Shown piece after piece: positions 1-10,701 of a stretch of DNA of 64,000 nucleotides. Origin of the DNA: an uncultured Acidobacteriota bacterium (lineage in GTDB: Bacteria; Acidobacteriota; UBA6911; RPQK01; JAPXNP01); NCBI GenBank assembly GCA_963777605.1, contig CAVZRV010000029.1:32001-96000 (forward strand). The letters are read 5' to 3'. The position numbers and the translations under genes were made by a program. The notes beneath the pieces are model-generated. The model did no database searches. It was not told where the DNA came from and worked only from the letters and a program-made list of their open reading frames with translations. Each line of letters starts with the position of its first letter. Position 1 is the first letter of the stretch.

Positions 1-311
1 CGCCGAACAACTCGGCCCGGAAAGGCGATTCGCCCGTCCGCGGTTGAGAACGCATCTTGTTTGCGAACCGGCTCTGCCAGCGTAGCGAAAGAGTGTGCAT
101 GTCGTTTTGGCGTTTCTTTCGTCCCTTCGGGAGGGACCCAGGTGCAGTCAATGCACAAATCTGGCCCACCCTGTGGTCCGCGCCAGCAGGCCCTGAAGAT
201 CTATTTGAGCCTGCTCCTAACCTGCCGGGAGTGTTCCGGCTGGAGTTCGCTGCTCAAGCCAAGTCGGCGTTTCATCAGCCGGCAGGCTTCGGGTGAACCG
301 CCGACAGGAGC

Positions 312-461
312 CTAGGCCCACCCTCGACGGCCGCCCACCATGTCGAAGAGAAACAGGGCGATTGCAATGACCAGGAGGGCATGAATGAACGGACCTCCCA
401 CTGACATGGAAAAGCCTAGAATCCATAAAGCCAACAAAACCAATACGATCTTAACCAACAT
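312..461 (-). CDS. small membrane protein, lmo0937/DUF5670-like
   Basis: 49 aa MLVKIVLVLLALWILGF...GGPFIHALLVIAI; the LW.LG...GG.IH.LLV pattern is typical of the family; AAGGAG RBS upstream of ATG 461. Confidence 0.8.
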   Translation of the reverse strand: MLVKIVLVLLALWILGFSMSVGGPFIHALLVIAIALFLFDMVGGRRGWA

Positions 462-800
462 CGTCGAAACTCCTTGCTTTGGCACATAGCACGGCACAAG
501 ATTGGCAGCGCCATTTCCGATACTACGGGGACCCTATTTGGACGTCAGTTCAGTAAAGCTCTCCCGTTCGGTCAAAACTGCTCACGTTGGCAACGGGACG
601 AGTGAGTTGGTTACCGGAGCGTTGCTGATGGAAGAATCGGTGCGGAAGAGTTCCGATCCGTCCGGGCGTTCAATCTCTGCCTTCGGCATGAAGCAAGAAC
701 GGGTTCAGAGATCCGATATTCCACATCCCCATCCGGGAAGCCTTGAATATCTGGAAGCTTCCGAAGAGAGGCTCCCAGTTGCTCCCCTGGGACACCGGAT

Positions 801-2198
801 CTATCCCTGCCCCAACGCGGCAGCGTGGCCACGACCGCCCGATTGACGCTTGAATTCCTCGTAGCGACTGCAATCCAGGTTGATATTGCCTCGGTACGAG
901 AAATTTCCGATGAGGCTGATCAGCGGTTGGCGGCGATGCCAGATGCTGTTGCCGACCCGACCCAGAATTCGCGAAATGGAATAAAAGCTGCGGTTGCAGT
1001 TCAGCGCCTCCTGAATAACGCCGTCCTGAGAGAGTTGCCGATATTGGGCAACCGGAAAGGTGAGGGTGAAGTACTTCCAGTCTTCAGGGAAATGATCGAG
1101 GGCCAGGCGGCCCTCCGACCGCATTCGTTCGAACAGACGTGTTCCAGGCAAAGGAGTCAGAAAGAGCAGATTCAGGTTGTCCAAGCCGTAATGAGTTGCC
1201 GCCTCACTGATGCTCTTGCCGATTCCCGGCCCATCGACATCCAGACCGACGATGAAGGATCCGACGACCATTATGTTGTGCTTCTGTATGCGCCGGACCG
1301 AGGCACGGAAATCGCGCCCTCTGATCAGATTGAACTTCTTGCCGAGTTCCCGAAGGCCTTCCGGCGTAGGGGATTCAAAGCCGATGAACACCCCGACACA
1401 ACCAGCCTTGGCGGCCAGTTCCAACAGGTCCTCGTCATCGGCAAAGTTGATCGTGGCCTGGGCGATCCATTGCTTCCCCATGTCCGCCTGGGCCAGAGCG
1501 CGGAACAGGTCCTTGGCCCGGGAAATATGTTCGGCGCGAGTGCCGACAAGGTTGTCATCGACGATCAGCACATGTTTCTCGGGGATCAGCTGGAATTCCC
1601 GTACAACGTCTTCAATCGGCCGCTGCCGGTAACGGGCACCGTTGAATGCCGTCACGCTGCAGAAGTTGCAGTTCAATGGGCATCCCCGTGTGGTCTGAAT
1701 GGCGCCGCAGGCATATGCGGGAGGCAAGAGATCATGGCGAGCCGCCGGGATATCTTTCATCTCCGCGAAACCGCCATCGTACCGGGGTTTCAATCTCCCT
1801 TGCCGGGCGTCTTCCAGGACCTCGCGCCAGACGCCCTCGGCTTCCCCGGTAACGACTGAGTCCACACGATCCATCACCTCTTCCAGGCACATGGTCGCGT
1901 GAATGCCGCCCATGATGACGGGCACTCCCAAATGACGGAAGTATCGGGCCACTTCATAGGCGCGATTGGCCTGGGACGTGAATGCCGTTATGCCGACCAG
2001 GTCAGGCAGCGGCATAGCTCGATAGTCTGCCGCTCCAAGGTTCTCGTCTACGATCGAGACTTCCCATTCCGGGGGGGTCAAACCGGCCAGAACCATCAGG
2101 CTCAGCGGTTTCCAAACCCGGTATCGATTCCATCGACTATCCTTCACATTGATGATGCTGACCAGGGGGTTCGTCGGATTAATGAGATAGAGACGCAT
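801..2198 (-). CDS. B12-binding domain radical SAM protein
   Basis: N-terminal cobalamin-binding region (PLSL..LAGLTP, GGIHAT) and TTRGCPLNCNFC CxxxCxxC motif. Confidence 0.9.
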   Translation of the reverse strand: MRLYLINPTNPLVSIINVKDSRWNRYRVWKPLSLMVLAGLTPPEWEVSIVDENLGAADYRAMPLPDLVGITAFTSQANRAYEVARYFRHLGVPVIMGGIHATMCLEEVMDRVDSVVTGEAEGVWREVLEDARQGRLKPRYDGGFAEMKDIPAARHDLLPPAYACGAIQTTRGCPLNCNFCSVTAFNGARYRQRPIEDVVREFQLIPEKHVLIVDDNLVGTRAEHISRAKDLFRALAQADMGKQWIAQATINFADDEDLLELAAKAGCVGVFIGFESPTPEGLRELGKKFNLIRGRDFRASVRRIQKHNIMVVGSFIVGLDVDGPGIGKSISEAATHYGLDNLNLLFLTPLPGTRLFERMRSEGRLALDHFPEDWKYFTLTFPVAQYRQLSQDGVIQEALNCNRSFYSISRILGRVGNSIWHRRQPLISLIGNFSYRGNINLDCSRYEEFKRQSGGRGHAAALGQG

Positions 2199-2314
2199 GC
2201 CTAACCTGCCGTTACGATGTCAAGGACAACTGAACAGGACCCTTTCATTAAGAATCCGGTAGTCCTCACTGAATTTCAGTGCCACATGGTTGGCGGATCC
2301 CAAGGTCGATCTTC

Positions 2315-3367
2315 CTAGGTCGGCACAACTCTCATTTCGACATCCTGGCCGAGTTGGAAGCTGAAGAGTTGTTCGGTTCCAAACTCCACCTCCTTGCCGG
2401 AGGTCGCGAGGACCACCCCGGTTCCAGCCCCTGCGCCGATCACCCCGCCGATTGCCGCGCCTTTTCCGCCGCCGGTGATCGCCCCGATCACCGCACCGAT
2501 TCCGGTGCCGATACCGACCTTCGTGGCGTCCGCCTTACCGGTCCCCTGCGCTTCGAAGGCCAGGGTGTTGGACCTGATGCCGTAAACTTCCTCTCCCACT
2601 TCTATGCTTGTCAGGGCTACCGATATGGTAGCTCGGCCCTGAACCTTCCCTGATGCCTTGACGTTCGAAAGCCGTCCGACGACCTTGCTTCCTTGAGGGG
2701 CAACGAGCTTTCCGCCCACAACGAGGTCGTCTTCGAGCGTCGCGTTAAACGTGTCTCCGTCCTGGTTCTGCTTCGAACTGATCGCCTGGTCGAGGCGCAC
2801 ATTGACGGGAGTCCCTTTCGGAACGACTTCAGTCGTGGGCAGAGGAGGTGTCGTCGGCACTTCGGCCTGGGACTTTGCAGCTTGCTGAGGATCGGGCTGA
2901 GCAGTCGGGACAGGCGTCCGGGCCGATGACACTGGCGGTCTCGCGGTTGGGGGACTGGATGCTGGTGTTTCGGCCCTGGCTGCTCCCACCGAGGCTAATT
3001 CACGGGAAGGTGTGGGCGCTGAACCCTCAGCCTGCCCTGAAGGGGATGCCGCGAAATCGCGTTGGCTCTCGATAATCGTTCGAAGAGTCATGCCGGTGGG
3101 CAGTTGGCCGTCGGGAAGTTCAGGGTGGACTCTTTTGAGATAGTCGAGGACGAGCCCGTAATTGTCCCAGGAGAGCTCAGTTCTGGCTTCCTCAGCGATT
3201 TGAGATGCGTTTTCGGTCGTGATGGTCTGGCTGAGGAGATCTCCCGGTTGCCCCGACGTGGAACCCATTGAACAACCAGGCATTACGAACAGGAGTGCCA
3301 GAATGGCGACCACGACCGCCAACGCCATGAAAGATGCAGCGTAAAGTGAGAATCGGTATCTTGTCAT
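2315..3367 (-). CDS. exported/membrane-anchored protein with Pro-rich linker and C-terminal glycine-zipper region
   Basis: hydrophobic N-terminus with possible lipoprotein Cys, PST-rich linker, VPKGTPVNVRLDQAISS beta domain, GIGTGIGAVIGAITGGGKGAAIGG. Confidence 0.75.
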   Translation of the reverse strand: MTRYRFSLYAASFMALAVVVAILALLFVMPGCSMGSTSGQPGDLLSQTITTENASQIAEEARTELSWDNYGLVLDYLKRVHPELPDGQLPTGMTLRTIIESQRDFAASPSGQAEGSAPTPSRELASVGAARAETPASSPPTARPPVSSARTPVPTAQPDPQQAAKSQAEVPTTPPLPTTEVVPKGTPVNVRLDQAISSKQNQDGDTFNATLEDDLVVGGKLVAPQGSKVVGRLSNVKASGKVQGRATISVALTSIEVGEEVYGIRSNTLAFEAQGTGKADATKVGIGTGIGAVIGAITGGGKGAAIGGVIGAGAGTGVVLATSGKEVEFGTEQLFSFQLGQDVEMRVVPT

Positions 3368-3673
3368 GTCAATATGCCTTTTTGCCTGAGGTCAGTGACC
3401 CTTCCAGAGTGAAAATGGCCGCTCGTACTGATTGATGAGCGCCTGAATCACCTGAATCGAATGTTATTAAGATGCGCTTTCCTGTAGTTCTAGGGCACCA
3501 TCACTACGCCCCTCTTTATCGTTACTCGAGTTTGGAGGCGCGTCTGTTCTGTACCGCACACGGACCTGGTCAATAGTGCACAGCCGAACATTGGTACCGC
3601 AGAGCGCAGGAAGCGTCTTGACGAATTGCTGAAGCGATTAACTCAGAAGACTCGGTAACATCAGACGCATCAT

Positions 3674-5548
3674 TTACGTGTGCGCCAGCAAAGAACCGTT
3701 CTCCTCGGCATCGATGAGGCTCTTGAGCTGGCGAGAGTCGAGGGTTCCGAATTCCTGCAGTGCGTCGGCCAGGCGCACGACGGTACTGCGCCCAGCCTCC
3801 AGGATCGTCCTGGCTTTGCTAGTCCCTTGCAGCACCACTCTCCTGACGGCTTGATCAATACTGGTGGAGGTCACTTCACCGTATTTGCGCCGACGAGTGA
3901 TTTCTGTCCCCAGGAAGACGTTTTCATCCCGTCCGCCCAGAGCGATCGGGCCCAACTCCTCGGCCATGCCCCATTCGCAGACCATCCTGTGGGCCAACCT
4001 GGTGGCTTCGCTCAAGTCCTTGGCTACCGCTGAGGTGGCGCTGCCCAGGAAGAGTTCTTCGGCGCATCTTCGTGCCATGAGTATGGCGATCGCTGACTCC
4101 AAATGCTGCTTTGTCGGTCGGTACCGGCCATCTTCGGGGACTTGCACCGTTGTGCCGATATCGTTGGCCCGGGGGATGATGGTGACCTTCTGCACTGGAT
4201 CCGACTCGGGGAGCAGCCAGGCAACCAGGGTATGCCCGGCCTCACGATAGGCTGCGCACGTCCGTTCTCTTGCACTGACTACCAGGGATCTTCGCTCCCG
4301 GCCCATCATGCTCTTGTCTTTCTCCTCGAGGAAGTCGTCCATGGTCACCGCATCCCGATTGAAGCGGGCGCCTCTCAAGGCGGCCTCATTGACCAGGCTC
4401 TCCAACTGAGCCCCGGAGAATCCTTGCGTGCTGCGTGCCAGAAGCGGAATCTCGACATCGTCGGACATCGGGATACTGCGCAGGTGCACTCTCAGGATGC
4501 CTTCACGACCCTTGCTGTCCGGCAGTCCAACCTCCACATGTCGATCAAAGCGGCCGGGGCGAAGCAGGGCTGGATCCAAAATATCAGGGCGGTTTGTGGC
4601 GCCGAGTACGATGACGCCTTCGCTGGGCTCGAAACCGTCCATCTCCGAGAGCAGCTGGTTCAATGCCTGTTCTCTCTCATCGTGGCCGCTGCCCAGCCCC
4701 GCTCCACGCCGCCGCCCGATGGCATCAATCTCATCAATGAAAACCAGGCACGGGGCATGCCGTTTCCCCACTTCAAAGAGGTTCCTGACCCGGCTCGCAC
4801 CCACGCCGACAAACATTTCAACGAACTCTGAACCGCTGATACTGAAAAAGGGGACACTGGCCTCACCCGCCACGGCCCTCGCCAGCAGAGTTTTTCCAGT
4901 ACCCGGAGGGCCCGTCATCAGGACACCTCTTGGGATTTTCCCTCCGAGTGTTTGAAACCGGGCCGGATCCTGCAGGAATTCGACGATTTCCTGCAATTCT
5001 TCCTTCGCTTCGTCCGCTCCTGCCACATCCCGAAATGTCACCTTTTTCGAAGACGTCATCCACAGCTTGGCTCGGCTTTTTCCTATTGAACTGAAGCCGC
5101 TGCCACTGTTTTTGCCTATCAATCGGACTGCCGTGAAGTAGATAGCGCCTGCGATGAGAAGAATCGGCAATCCGAGAGTGAGAAGCAGAGAACTCCACGA
5201 ATGCTGTGTCCCGGTCTGAACCTTCACGATGAGCCCTTGAGCAACCAGCGTGTCAGCCAGGCTCTTCTGGGAGCCGTCGGGAATGATCCCTTCGAAACTT
5301 CTTTCAGTCTCTGAACCGTTCTTGACGTATCTTCCCTTCAACCCGCTGTCCGTGAGGATGAGGGGCGTCGAAGCCGTACTCCTGAACCTGGCTTCTTTCG
5401 ACAGGCTGATCAGTTCCGAGTAGTTGATCCGATCGGCCTGTCCTTTCCCCCATTCGTTTGAGAGAGTCCAGGTCACAAGTAGGACCCCAAGGACGCCGGC
5501 TATGGCAACCATTCTCTTTGTGCGTCTTGTCAAGCTGATCTTTATCAT
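3674..5548 (-). CDS. ftsH: FtsH-family AAA+ membrane protein with degenerate protease zinc motif
   Basis: two TM segments, [16 protein letters not shown], Walker [19 protein letters not shown] pore loop, Walker [20 protein letters not shown]; HEAGH reads REAGH. Confidence 0.92.
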   Translation of the reverse strand: MIKISLTRRTKRMVAIAGVLGVLLVTWTLSNEWGKGQADRINYSELISLSKEARFRSTASTPLILTDSGLKGRYVKNGSETERSFEGIIPDGSQKSLADTLVAQGLIVKVQTGTQHSWSSLLLTLGLPILLIAGAIYFTAVRLIGKNSGSGFSSIGKSRAKLWMTSSKKVTFRDVAGADEAKEELQEIVEFLQDPARFQTLGGKIPRGVLMTGPPGTGKTLLARAVAGEASVPFFSISGSEFVEMFVGVGASRVRNLFEVGKRHAPCLVFIDEIDAIGRRRGAGLGSGHDEREQALNQLLSEMDGFEPSEGVIVLGATNRPDILDPALLRPGRFDRHVEVGLPDSKGREGILRVHLRSIPMSDDVEIPLLARSTQGFSGAQLESLVNEAALRGARFNRDAVTMDDFLEEKDKSMMGRERRSLVVSARERTCAAYREAGHTLVAWLLPESDPVQKVTIIPRANDIGTTVQVPEDGRYRPTKQHLESAIAILMARRCAEELFLGSATSAVAKDLSEATRLAHRMVCEWGMAEELGPIALGGRDENVFLGTEITRRRKYGEVTSTSIDQAVRRVVLQGTSKARTILEAGRSTVVRLADALQEFGTLDSRQLKSLIDAEENGSLLAHT

Positions 5549-5582
5549 TGCAGTCCATCCAGCCGATTTCCGCTCGAAGGAT

Positions 5583-6248
5583 TCAAGGCCGGAACTGCGG
5601 CTTATTCACTAACCGAGCCTCTGCCAGTTCAGTGGCCCTGGCCAGGTCGGCTCGTTCCTTCTCATCAATCTTCCTTTGGGGGGCTTCCTGCTTCTCCAAC
5701 GCGATTGCCTCCTCGATGGCCGATCGAGCCGAGCCGTCCAGGCTCTTGGAGAGCACAGCGAGTGTGAAGTTGGACTCGTATTGGAGTCGGCCGAGATTGT
5801 ATGACCACTCCGCGTTTTCCCAGCGGGCAATTACTTCGACGGTTTCGTCCCTTCCATAGATTGTGGAGAGAGTGATCTCGGCTGTCGGCCTCAGGGCTTC
5901 CCCGTAAATCTCAGATGTGGCCTCGATTATGTCTTTCACCGTCAGGCCTTCGGTGCTGTACCGGTTGTATTGGACGATCATTCGATACAGTTCACCGTCG
6001 AAGAAGTTGAACTCGATCTCCTTAACTGAATCGTTGGAGCCGGCCCGCCATATCAGTTGCTGGATGAGGGCTGGACGCTCGTGAAGGGTGGTCGCCCCGT
6101 CGGTATGCGTGCCGGACTCCTTCGCTATCCCGGCTAGATTGGAATCAAGGTCGAATTCCCGATAGCGGGATAAATCGCCTGCGCCCACCAGGGGCAGCGC
6201 AAGCAGGGACCAGGAAAGGGACGCTGCCAGTATCTGCAGTTTGGTCAT
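5583..6248 (-). CDS. exported hypothetical protein
   Basis: 221 aa ORF with signal-peptide-like N-terminus and GGAGGAG RBS; ends 34 bp before ftsH, same strand. Confidence 0.75.
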   Translation of the reverse strand: MTKLQILAASLSWSLLALPLVGAGDLSRYREFDLDSNLAGIAKESGTHTDGATTLHERPALIQQLIWRAGSNDSVKEIEFNFFDGELYRMIVQYNRYSTEGLTVKDIIEATSEIYGEALRPTAEITLSTIYGRDETVEVIARWENAEWSYNLGRLQYESNFTLAVLSKSLDGSARSAIEEAIALEKQEAPQRKIDEKERADLARATELAEARLVNKPQFRP

Positions 6249-6666
6249 TGGAAGGCACTCCTCCTCCCCCTGCCTACCAGCAGGGGGTTACGCCGACCAG
6301 GAGATGGCCGGTCTGTTCGAATACCGAGGCGGGCAACGAGGTCCGGTACACAAGAAAGGCGGCCAAAGTCATGAGCTGAGAAGTCCCTGGCCAGTTGATT
6401 GCCGCCTCTTTCTTTGTAATCCAAGGGCAGTTCCCGTGTCAGTTCGGCATTGCTCACACGCTTGGTCTGAATTGCTCATCGCTTTTGACGGTTGAGTCTC
6501 AGCTGGGACGTTTTCGGGCGCGGAAGTTGATTCCGAATCAACTCATCCGAGGTCTGATCTCGGTCGCTGATCTCGGCCGGCGACCCTGCCCGGGGGAGTT
6601 CCCAGACAGTCTTGACTTTGAGTGCCATCCGGAAACGGCGGTCGTTGAGTCGAGAGAATGTTTCCC

Positions 6667-6698
6667 TTTACCTAAGTTTAGATTTAGATTACTCTAAA
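6667..6698 (+). promoter_or_regulatory. sigma70-type promoter with overlapping palindromic operator (probable leaderless start at ATG 6702)
   Basis: TTTACC 6667-6672, 17 nt spacer, TACTCT 6690-6695; perfect 6-4-6 palindrome TTTAGA-TTAC-TCTAAA 6683-6698. Confidence 0.6.
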
Positions 6699-6701
6699 AA
6701 T

Positions 6702-7379
6702 ATGAGCATCAGCGGAGTCGCGGAAGACTACCTGAAGGCTGTACTGAAGATCGAGGAGAGCGATCGGAAGGCGAGCACTTCGGGGGTCGCACGGGAACTG
6801 AATCTTGCGGACGCGACAGTGACCGACATGCTGCGTAAGCTTCAACGGGCCGGACTCGTGGAGTACAAGCGATATCACGGCGCCACCCTTACCAAGCAGG
6901 GGCGGGCGGCCGCCCTGGGGGTCCGACGTCGTCACCGGCTTCTCGAGCTCTTCCTGCACGAAATCCTTGGGTACCGATGGGACGAAGTGCATGAGGAGGC
7001 TGAACGGCTCGAGCACGTCGTCTCCGACGTCTTCGTGGAGAAAATCGACGGACTCTTACGCCACCCCAAGCGGGATCCTCATGGAGAGCTGATCCCGGAT
7101 GCTAGCGGTTTCAGTCCAGAAGAGGATGATATCTGCCTCGTCGACGCGGAACCGGGTGATTTCCGGATTCAGAGAATCACGGACAATGAGCCCGATTTTC
7201 TCAGGTATTTGGGGGAACTTGCCCTTCGGCCGGGGGTTCGGTTGAAGCTCGTCGGAAGAGCGCCTTTTGGGGGGCCATTGACGCTCCTGGTCGGGGGAGA
7301 GAATGCCAGCGTTCACGTTGGCCCCGAGGCAGCAGCGAGGGTGTTTGTGGTGCGCACAGGGGGCGGAAGAATCGCATGA
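6702..7379 (+). CDS. mntR: DtxR/MntR family metal-dependent repressor with C-terminal FeoA/SH3-like domain
   Basis: EDYLKAV wHTH, RRHRLLELFL, HEEAERLEH, DPHGELIP. Confidence 0.88.
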   Translation: MSISGVAEDYLKAVLKIEESDRKASTSGVARELNLADATVTDMLRKLQRAGLVEYKRYHGATLTKQGRAAALGVRRRHRLLELFLHEILGYRWDEVHEEAERLEHVVSDVFVEKIDGLLRHPKRDPHGELIPDASGFSPEEDDICLVDAEPGDFRIQRITDNEPDFLRYLGELALRPGVRLKLVGRAPFGGPLTLLVGGENASVHVGPEAAARVFVVRTGGGRIA

Positions 7380-7424
7380 AGACGGGCTGTAACCTGAGAT
7401 TTGCAGGGATTCGGGAAGGGCAAT

Positions 7425-8444
7425 ATGAGTTTGTCGATTGTGCTACTGGCAGCGGCTCTCGCCGCGATTACCGGCCTTCTCTGTGTGGAGGATGAACGCG
7501 GATCCTGTCGACTGCTTCGGGATGTCCGCCTTCGCAAACGGCGCGAAGCCGCCGAGGATGCTCTCAAGTGTCTGCACGATCTCGAATACGAAGGAGAAGT
7601 CATCACGGCAGAGCGACTGGGAGAACGGCTGGGTTCGGGGCCTGAAGCAGCGGACTCAATTCTGGAAGGGCTTCAGTCAAGGGGCTGGTGAACCGCAACG
7701 GCGCCTGGCGATTGACGGAGCCGGGACGGGACTATGCGACGCAGGTCGTGCGGGCGCACCGGTTGTGGGAAACCTATCTTGCCGAGGAGACGGGTCTCGA
7801 TGAATCACAATGGCATGCACGAGCGCACCGTCGCGAACACGAGTTGTCGAGATCGGAAATCGACGAATTGGCGGCAAGAATCGGAAATCCAACCCACGAT
7901 CCTCATGGCGACCCGATCCCCACGTCAGAGGGGGATCTGCCGGCCCGTGCCGGTTGCCTCTTTCTGCCCTGGCCCCCGGAACACCCGCCCGGATCACCCA
8001 CATCGAAGACGAGCCCGCCAATGTATACGAGCAGATTCGAGCCGAGGGTCTCTACCCCGGAATGGAATTGCACGGACGTGGAAAAGGAAGGTTCCTTGAT
8101 CCGGTTTGCCAGTGGAGGCACGCGGTATCCGCCTGGAGATCTTGATGGCGGAGAGCGTCACGGTGGTCCCGCTGGATAGGCCGCCTCGGGTTTTCGACTG
8201 CCTTTTGTCCGATCTCAAAACGGGCCAGGAGGCCGTTGTCGTGTCGATCTCAAAGGCCTGCCGGACCTCCCTGCGCCGCCGATTGATGGACCTTGGGATA
8301 CTGCCTGGAACGGTGATCCGAGCGGAACTTCGGGGTCCCGCCGGAGATCCCGTGGCGTACCGGGTCCGAGGTGCGCTGATCGGACTGCGGGGCGAACAGG
8401 CGAAGTACATTCACATTAATCAACCCGAGGAGGTATCACCGTGA
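7425..8444 (+). CDS. membrane-anchored DtxR-like protein with two FeoA domains (frameshifted near 7688, 7950 and 8070-8110)
   Basis: joined segments: hydrophobic N-terminus plus EDALK; [23 protein letters not shown]; [19 protein letters not shown]; [40 protein letters not shown]. Confidence 0.78.
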
Positions 8445-9280
8445 GTGATACGAGGTCGAATCACGCCTGTGCCATTTGCCCGGCCCATAAGATCACGAAT
8501 CTCCAGAAATTGGGAGTCGACATGAGTCGGTTCGACTACGTGGTGGCGCTGGCGGGAAACCCGAACACCGGCAAGAGCACCGTTTTCAATGCGCTGACCG
8601 GTTTGCGCCAGCACACCGGCAACTGGCCGGGTAAGACGGTCAGCCGGGCCGAAGGGGCGTTTTCCTGCGAGGGGAAACGTTACAAGCTGGTAGATCTTCC
8701 AGGAACGTATTCGCTCCTTTCGGCCAGTCAGGATGAAGAGATTGCCCGAAACTTCCTGCTTTTCGGCCAACCCGATGTCACCCTGATCGTGGTGGACTCG
8801 ACCCGACTGGAACGCAACCTCAACCTCGTCCTCCAGGTGCTCGAGGTCACCACCCGTGCGGTGGTCTGCCTGAATCTGATGGACGAAGCTCGACGCCACC
8901 GCCTTCAGGTGGACGAGCGGTCACTTGCCAGAGACTTGGGCGTGCCGGTCGTACCGATGGCGGCGCGAAGCGGCGAAGGCATCTCGGAGTTGCTGGGAAC
9001 GATCCACGGCGTGGTGTCGGGGACGATTGCCTGCCGACCGCACCGGCTCAAGAACGACGCCCCGAAACTTCGGGAAGCTGTTGCCCAACTGGTGGAGCAG
9101 ATTGAACAGGAGTTTCCGAATCTGCCCAATTCAAGATGGATTGCCCTCCGCCTCCTGGAAGGAGACGAGCGCATCATCGAGGCTGTTCGAACCGGCGAAC
9201 TGCGGGAGCTTGGAGCGGTTGTTGCTGATCCCCCTCCATCCGATCCATCTCCGGAAAGGATGGTGGAAAGAAGCCTATGA
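8441..9280 (+). CDS. feoB: FeoB N-terminal GTPase domain (split FeoB)
   Basis: [31 protein letters not shown]-motifs. Confidence 0.92.
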   Translation: MSDTRSNHACAICPAHKITNLQKLGVDMSRFDYVVALAGNPNTGKSTVFNALTGLRQHTGNWPGKTVSRAEGAFSCEGKRYKLVDLPGTYSLLSASQDEEIARNFLLFGQPDVTLIVVDSTRLERNLNLVLQVLEVTTRAVVCLNLMDEARRHRLQVDERSLARDLGVPVVPMAARSGEGISELLGTIHGVVSGTIACRPHRLKNDAPKLREAVAQLVEQIEQEFPNLPNSRWIALRLLEGDERIIEAVRTGELRELGAVVADPPPSDPSPERMVERSL

Positions 9281-10701
9281 AACCCGTCACAAACCGCGAT
9301 TCCATTCTGTCTTCGGCGACAGCCCTTCGGTGGGAAGTGGGCCCCGACTTCCATGACGCGCTGATGGAAGCCCTGTACAAGGATGCTGCTCGTATCGCCG
9401 ACCGGGCGGTCGAGCGAGAAGGTGAGTCCCGACGAGTCGACTGGGATCAGGCCATCGATCGACTTGTGACGAGCCGCTGGGCCGGCTTCCCGATTATGCT
9501 GCTCATGCTGACCGGGGTAATGTGGCTGACCATCACCGGGGCAAACGTCCCTTCGCAGATGATCTACAATTTGCTGATCGGCATCATCTACCCGGCGCTG
9601 AAGGCTGCCGCTGTCGCGGCCGGTCTGCCGGCGTGGCTCATCGGAGTTTCCATCGACGGCATGTACATGTCCATGGCCTGGGTTGTCAGTGTGATGCTCC
9701 CTCCGATGGCGATTTTCTTTCCGCTCTTCACCCTTCTCGAAGACTTTGGCTATCTTCCTCGTGTGGCCTTCAACCTCGACCGCCTTTTCAAAGGCGTCGG
9801 GGCGCACGGCAAGCAGGCCCTCACGATGAGTATGGGCTACGGATGCAACGCGGCCGGAGTCGTAGCGGCCCGCATCATCGACAGCCCCAGGGAGAGGCTG
9901 ATTGCCATCATCACGAACAATTTCGCCATCTGCAACGGGAGGTGGCCAACCCAGATCCTGATCGCGAGTATCTTCATCGGCAGCCTGGTTTCCACGAGAT
10001 GGGCCGGACTGGTCTCCGCAGGGGCGGTCATGATGATCGTGCTACTGGGGATCCTGGCGACCTTCGGTGTTTCCTGGGCGCTGTCCAGAACCGTGTTGAA
10101 AGGAGAGGTTTCAACCTTCAGCCTGGAACTTCCACCCTATCGACCTCCCCGCATTCTCCAGACGATCTACACTTCCCTGATTGACCGCACCCTCATCGTT
10201 CTTTGGCGAGCAGTGGTATTTGCTCTTCCGGCTGGTGCCGTGATCTGGGTAGTGGCCAACGTTCGGATCGGGGAAGCCTCTCTGGCCAGCCACATTGTCC
10301 AGGCGCTAGACCCTTTCGGCCTGCTGATTGGACTCAACGGAGTGATTCTCCTCGCCTATGTGATTGCCATACCCGCCAATGAAATTGTTATCCCGACCGT
10401 GTTGATGCTGACCGCACTGACCGCCCGTCTGGCCGGGGTGGGCGAAGGGGCGGGAGTCCTTTTCGAACTCGACTCGGTCTCTGCGACGGCCGGAGTGCTC
10501 CGGGCGGGCGGTTGGACCGTTTTGACTGGGATCAACTTGATGCTCTTCAGCCTCCTCCACAACCCTTGCTCAACCACCGTCTACACGATTTACAGGGAGA
10601 CCCAAAGCTGGAAGTGGACCGCCCTGGCCTCGTTGCTCCCGGTTGGATTGGGAATTGGGGTGTGCTTTCTGGTGGCCCGGCTGTGGAGTCTGTTCTCGTG
10701 A
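9277..10701 (+). CDS. feoB: FeoB membrane domain (split FeoB)
   Basis: [38 protein letters not shown]; ATGA overlap with the GTPase gene. Confidence 0.92.
   Translation: MKPVTNRDSILSSATALRWEVGPDFHDALMEALYKDAARIADRAVEREGESRRVDWDQAIDRLVTSRWAGFPIMLLMLTGVMWLTITGANVPSQMIYNLLIGIIYPALKAAAVAAGLPAWLIGVSIDGMYMSMAWVVSVMLPPMAIFFPLFTLLEDFGYLPRVAFNLDRLFKGVGAHGKQALTMSMGYGCNAAGVVAARIIDSPRERLIAIITNNFAICNGRWPTQILIASIFIGSLVSTRWAGLVSAGAVMMIVLLGILATFGVSWALSRTVLKGEVSTFSLELPPYRPPRILQTIYTSLIDRTLIVLWRAVVFALPAGAVIWVVANVRIGEASLASHIVQALDPFGLLIGLNGVILLAYVIAIPANEIVIPTVLMLTALTARLAGVGEGAGVLFELDSVSATAGVLRAGGWTVLTGINLMLFSLLHNPCSTTVYTIYRETQSWKWTALASLLPVGLGIGVCFLVARLWSLFS

Noticed and set aside
492-518. Sigma54-like GG-N10-GC motifs near the lmo0937-like gene
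   Set aside because: The better match points away from any gene and the minus-strand match is weak.
6245-6457. 70-aa ORF upstream of the exported hypothetical gene
   Set aside because: No family motif or clear RBS; more likely leader or promoter sequence.
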